Positions 57,929-64,000 of a DNA stretch of 64,000 bases are shown in pieces; position 1 is the stretch's first letter, and every line of letters starts with the position of its first letter. The position numbers and the translations under genes were made by a program. The notes beneath the pieces were generated by a model that saw only the letters and a program-made list of their open reading frames with translations, did no database searches and was not told the origin of the DNA. Source of the DNA: Selaginella moellendorffii (taxonomy: Eukaryota; Plantae; Lycopodiophyta). The stretch is from positions 444,859 to 508,858 of the forward strand of contig NW_003314307.1 in the NCBI RefSeq assembly GCF_000143415.4, given 5' to 3'.

Positions 57929-59066
57929 TGTAGCGCACGTGGTTTTGACCCTTTATCCTATGTTGATTTACTATAGGACAACACCACGAAGCGGAACCTA
58001 AACCCTCTTTGTGCCACGTGTCACATGCCATGTGTCACATGCCACGTGTCCATGCCACGTGTCCATAAGAACCCGAGGTTCAGGGCCTTGGGCCACTGAA
58101 CAAAGGAATGGTGCCAAACTCCCAAGCATGGAGCCAAGGAGTGACGGAACCGAACCACGGAGCAACTCCCAAGCATAAAGCCTAAGGAGCGAAGGGACAG
58201 GAGCCCGGAGCGACTTGGAACAGTCCTGGAGTGACCAGCATCCCAATGCCAGGACCAGCATGCAAAACGGAGCCAAACGGAGTCTAGCGCTATTTCGGCA
58301 TACCGGTGGCCTAACGTGAGGATATGGGTACTCCACCAACTAGCATGGAATGGAACTTGGGCTTAGACCCAAGCCGGACGCAGAACAAGGACAGGCACGC
58401 AAGCGGGAGCTAGACTATGCCTCAGGTTGGTCGGCCATGCCCGACCTACCCACTATCCCTACTATACATTTGGAACCCCCCATAGCCCCCCCCCCCTTGA
58501 GGAACACACACTTTGGGCTTTCACCCCAAGCCTCCCTTAGTATCAAGAGTTAGTCTCTGGGACAAGCTCGAAACTTACTAAATATGGAATGTCCTTAGAT
58601 TGCGAATTTGGACATGGGACGAACACCATTGTGTTCAGGACGAACTCTACATTCCGTAGATATACCAAATGAGCAAATCTGGACACTTTCCATAAATAAC
58701 ATTTAGGACCGAAATGAGACTAACACAAAGGGCATGATAGCAAGGGTGTTTGGCAGACACGGTAAGCTATCATGTAGCGATATTGAGGGACTAATCTCAA
58801 TACGCGAGGGTTCTTGTCACTAGCAAGTGCAAGACAAAACGAGACGGGAACTCCTTATCGGGCTAAGTATGCTTAGCTAATAACACGTAGGAATTCCGTC
58901 CTTATACTCGTCCGGTCTAAGTACACTCGAAATGCCCAGTTAACTCCACTAGCACAAGAGGGACTGATAAAGGGTCCAGCAATACCGACCTCCTGCCATC
59001 GTGGCAGTAAGGTAAGAGTGTCTGTAAGGACTAGCCGACAGGTAACTTTCGATACCCGAAGTCACA
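57929..59066 (-). repeat. 3' LTR (about 1.14 kb) of a second gypsy-type family
   Basis: Minus strand TGTGAC...GCTACA, preceded by PPT-like AGGGGGGGAGAG (about 59076-59088) and a pol-end-like DEDVDLP*. Confidence 0.65.
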
Positions 59067-62000
59067 TTCGCGATACTCTCCCCCCCTAGGGAAGATCGAC
59101 GTCCTCGTCGATGCATACTCGAGTCTAGAATACCGCCAAGGAAACAACTCCAGAAAAAGTTCACGATACTCACACTATGTGAGAAATGCACCAACTTAAA
59201 TGAGTTAGGAGGCAACCTCTTTGTCTAACGCGGATGCGCTACCAGCTCAGACACCTTCCGGCCGTCGCCGACAAGGAAATGACCAACGGAGTCAGCCACC
59301 CTTGCTGCTCTGGGAGTCACCCAGCTTACAAAAGTGTGATACGCCCTGCCCGCAGGGACATAGAGAGAGAAGCCAAAGGCCCCAACCCTCCTGAGCAAAG
59401 AAACCAAACCCGTCGGGAAGGTTTAGATAGACTACTGTAAACAGGCAGTTAGAGTTGTTTACACGATCATGCCCTTTCAACGGAATAAGGAACATCGACA
59501 GAGAGGCGGGTGATGTGACCAGTCGACAGTAGCTACCCCATGACTAGAGATTTCAACATGCACACGAAGTGCTGAAGCCAGTCTGCCTATACTGGCCCAA
59601 ACTCAAATATCAAGAGATGGATAACATCAAAGTCAGAGACAATGATATCTTAGAGACTTAATTACCAATGATTAAATCTTAGAGTAGAACACAAAAGTAT
59701 TCTAAGCAAGTTATCATCCGATAAACTAGTAGTATAGTATAGAAACCACCAAGATCATAATGTTTGGAAAACATAGGATTGACCATCCAACAAAATTCAA
59801 TAGCAAGTATATCATCAAGGAAACGGAATGATGAAACTTAACTACTGAAAATGGTAGATAGTATGCCGAACAACTTACCAAAGATAACTCAAAGAACACA
59901 AAGTATCATCGACTGGCAAGCAAATGCTCGCGAATGTATCACCTAAAGGAAATAACATCCCAATCTATCAGAACTAACTCGAGCAATAATCAACAGAACA
60001 GAATGAATGTGGCAAGACCAACAAACACTCGTTTATGCCAACTATCACATTAGCTAATCTGAATAGACCCCAGCCAATAACACCAAGGAACTCAAGTTGC
60101 CTAAGCAAGAGTCAGCCACATCCTACTGACGTCTCAAACCCAAGAGACCAATCCAGAGCAAACCACAAAGAACATGTGGTATTGCAAAAAGCCAAAAGCT
60201 ATCAAAGAGAACAACTAACCATCATGAAAGATCATCAATCATCCTATCAAGAAAGAGATGCATAATCATCGTTGAAGAAAGAATCTACCATCCCGAAGAA
60301 TAGCAACTCAGTCTATATCAACAATAATCAAGCAAAACTCTTTAACAAGGATAATCAACTATCCTAGATGATAATCAATCATCATCAATGATTGTCAAAT
60401 GCAAAAGCCAACTTCAATATTAAAGCTAATGAGCCAAAATGCCTTCCCCAACAACTTCTAACAAATAGACCACAAGTACTAAAACTCAAGGAACCAAAAG
60501 CTCGAAGAAGCCTATAGCCAAGTCTTGCCTAACATGATCACAAGTCTTGCATTGAACTAACTTCAATGCTAAAGAAGAAATCATGGTGTAACCCACAATA
60601 TCCACCCCAACACATCCATAAGCTAAATTTCATAATACCAAAGCTAATGAAGAGCATATCTGCATCAATCCAAAAGCTAAGCATAACGAAGCTATGCTCA
60701 ACAAGTGATCACCAAACGATCCTCCATGAATCCATCTATAGCAAGACGTAACTCACTTCATAACAAGCACAAGAAAAATCATCAATGATTGATATATTCC
60801 AATTCAAATCCAAGAAGGATTTAAACATTCCAATATCGATCACTAACTCTTCCACTTGTAGAGTTAGCATAGTTCATGACTGAATCACTTTTCAAAGAGA
60901 AGCTAGAGCTCAACCCCTACTAAATAATCTCGTCTAGAACACAACTAACTCAAACTTGCCACTCAGTTCATTTGAACGTCAACATAGTTGCTAACTAGCA
61001 AATGCACGAATGCTAATAATACAAAGCTATAGCCAAATCATCAACACTATCTTCATCGAGAGCAATGAAACTCAATATCAATCCTAAGGATAGATATATC
61101 ATCTCACCTGAATCTCAACATCAATAATATTAATGACAAGGCATCACCTCAATGCCATCAACATCAGAACAAAGCTAAAAGAAAGCAAGAGTGAATCACC
61201 ACTCAAAACTCTCTAGCAACCAAGCTAACCAAAGTCAAAGATACTTTAGTATCCGAGACTAGTTCTTCAACATTACTCAGGTACAGATAACACTTCCTCA
61301 AGGAGTGCATCACCACGTCCAAGACTCAATGAAATCCAACACTATGAACTAAATGCAACCAAATGATATCAACAGAGGTAGAGTCGACATGCCAACATGG
61401 AAAACCCATGTAAGTCAAATGACACGATCCTCCGCAACACCATCTGGTAAAGTAAACCCATCACTGCTAAATCATCATCGAGTGAAGCAAGTGTTAACTG
61501 TCCTTGACAAAGTCTACAAGCGATCACTAGTCGCAAAGCAACTAACCATCGCTTTTTCAACTTGCCTTCACAAGACTCAAACACTAAACTCATGCCATTG
61601 AGTTACACACTTGTCCAACATGAACGTAATACCCCAGGTACAAGATAAAGGTTCATGGATAAGCACGAACTAAAATGACCACTCGAATCCAACTCAACCG
61701 CGATAAGCTCACCAATGCATTTAGCCAATAGCTCTGAGCATGCCTTGAAGAGGCTAGCTATGCATGATCAACACTCAGCTGAAACTAAAATGAAGACCAT
61801 GACATGGACTCATATCGGTACACAACCTCCACTTGGACAAAGCTATAGTATGGGTACCAACATCTTAACTACAAATAACTAAGTTGGACATCACCATCCT
61901 TAGCCAAGGCGCAAGGCTACCAAGACCAAGTCAAAATCAGTGAGAGCTCACTACTCTCATAGAGTCTAACGAAATGCAGGGTGCAACCTGCCACCAAGCA

Positions 62001-64000
62001 TAACGCTACAAAAGAAAGGCTCAAGGGTCACCTTTCTCAGAAAAGTGCAACGGCCACTTTTCTACACCAACTCCAGACTCTATCCAACTCAATTGCTTTA
62101 GCCCCAAAAGTTAGCATCCCTCTCGGGCTACATCATACAAACTACCTACTAAGATCTAAGCTAACCGAAGTCAACTCCAACCCCTTCACTAATTTGCATT
62201 GGCTTACGAAAACGGAAAGGTTTTCGGACAAAGTGATCAACAAATCAGCCATTGGAAAAGTCTAAGAAAATTTGTGGAAAATTTTCCATCCTAGAGAAAG
62301 AATGACTCTCAGTCCAGGAATGCAAACTTTCAAGACTCAACCAACTTCCTCCTACTTAACAACTTTCACATAGGCTCACCTTAACACAAATTCTCATGAC
62401 CCATAGTATGCTTAAGCCTCGAACATCTTTTTGCCCATTCTTTCAACATCCAACACCGACGTCCGTAGAATGCAAAATGAACATCTAAAGCTTGATCATG
62501 GAGACCATATCTTCGAATATTCACATTGCACTAACACTCTTCTTCGATTACCTTCAAGATCCAATGTGAAGCCAAAACACTAACAAGAAAAATGACATGG
62601 AAAATCAAGCTCTAAGGAAAATTCCTCATCACTCGAATCAACAATGCCACTTCCACTAACACAAGTGCTAGCGCTATCAATGCCTTAACTAAACACATTT
62701 TCCATCCAACAATCTACTCCAAGTGCTAACGGATCAATTAATGAGCTATAGCAAATGCTACAACTCTTTTCCAACACCTTATGGGCCAACTCTCAAAGAA
62801 ACAAAGAACCAACTTAAGCTTAGCATAATGAACCACCATCGAGAATCTAGTCAAAGCTACTACAATGCTACTTTGTGCAAGTAGACTAGCTTCACTATCA
62901 ACCACTTTGGTTGATTATCATTTACCCAAGCAACTTCGTAAACACATTGCTCATTATCACATGGATATAATATAGAAATCACAATGACTTGATTATCAAT
63001 TGAGCAACACCACGAGCAATGCCAATGCCATTACTTCAAAGGTTTATGTGAGTATCAAGTGCCAACTCAATTTGACAAAATGCAACATAAATGCCACACT
63101 CCACCAATAGAGATTTACAACACTCAACACCACTAACTTTTGTTCACAACATGGACAAGCTCATGCCACTCTCTTTCCGACTAAACTCAAAACTAGTCCA
63201 ACACCAAGCTATTCAAAGAGCAATAGCAAGGTTCCCGGGAAAAGAATTGAACATTGTAACTAAAGTCTTCCAATAGCGAGTCTAGACAAAATGGTATAGT
63301 GCTTCACCACTATCCATCCCATGACTCACCACTTGTAAGACCATCCTCTCCAACATGCATCAAGATAGGGACTCTTGATTGCATAATGTGAACACGAGCA
63401 ATGAGTCACACCTCGTTGCAAATCATCCGTCCAAGAAGAGAAAATGATTTACGTGTTTGACCCTTCGTCCCCGATGACTCTCTTTTCGGTCTTATCTTTT
63501 GACCAAACCTCAAGCTTACTTTTGCACTGCCTTCAGTTCAATCCAAGAAAAGTTTATGAGAGAGCACGGCAGTGACTACTTGAACCAATAGACTAATCCC
63601 TATAGTCTTGATTGATCCACTTATAATCATGCCTAGGAAGGATCCACTAGTGCCGTGCTAAACAGCTATGGACCAGCCTATTTGCCACTCATAGCAAACC
63701 CAGGGAAAGTTTACTTTCACCCATGGTACAAGGAACAACTCTTGGAACCACCGATAGGCTAACATTAATCTTGCCAACTCAAAGTGTAACCTCGAGTTGC
63801 TAATGTGCCTCACACACGAGCCCAAGCGTAAACTCGTGCTAACGGAGCATCTCAAATCCATCCTATGAGCCCAAGCACAAGCTCACATCATAAGGTACAA
63901 AAGGTAACCAAATCCATACCCAAGGAACGATTGCGAAGCCTTTGCACCCAAACGTGTACCCACTCGGATCATCGTTTTCATCTCTGCGTATGCAACGAGA
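59067..64000 (-). mobile_element. Heavily decayed internal region of the LTR retroelement, running off the window
   Basis: Adjacent to the PPT/LTR, with strong strand skew, no long ORFs and only faint RT-like fragments (GSFLGMII near 63630). Confidence 0.45.

Noticed and set aside
59200-64000. Short ORFs in the right-hand A/C-rich region as host genes
   Set aside because: No splice structure or motifs; consistent with a decayed retroelement interior.

Overview
Eukaryotic land-plant nuclear DNA. The tiny GT-AG introns (about 40-80 nt), very high gene density and gene families suggest a compact lycophyte genome such as Selaginella (inference). There are three blocks. (1) 1-15.3 kb is a nest of LTR retroelements. 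It holds a very young full-length Ty1/copia element (464-5240; 140-bp LTRs differing at one site; AATGT TSD) with an unexplained Cys-rich upstream ORF. This sits inside a decayed Ty3/gypsy-type element whose LTR carries hexamer arrays and a nested solo LTR. The block also has a 601-bp TRIM whose LTRs contain a 5S rRNA internal-promoter segment (Cassandra-like), plus a solo LTR of that TRIM. (2) 16.0-50.3 kb is an island of about 18 genes: PPR, tweety-like membrane protein, cytosolic glucan phosphorylase, potato-inhibitor-I, translin, an intronless minimal XRN exoribonuclease, RAY1-like GT77, SEN54, CYP71-clan P450, plastid orphan, SEC20, a two-repeat orphan, membrane-anchored BAG-like protein, ABCA, synaptotagmin, type-A response regulator, DNAJC17-like and F-box. 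(3) 50.5-64 kb is again decayed TE sequence. The best candidates for novelty are the minimal, possibly virus-like XRN, the Cassandra-like TRIM and the copia zinc-finger uORF. Exon boundaries were read by eye and family assignments come from recognised motifs, not database searches.
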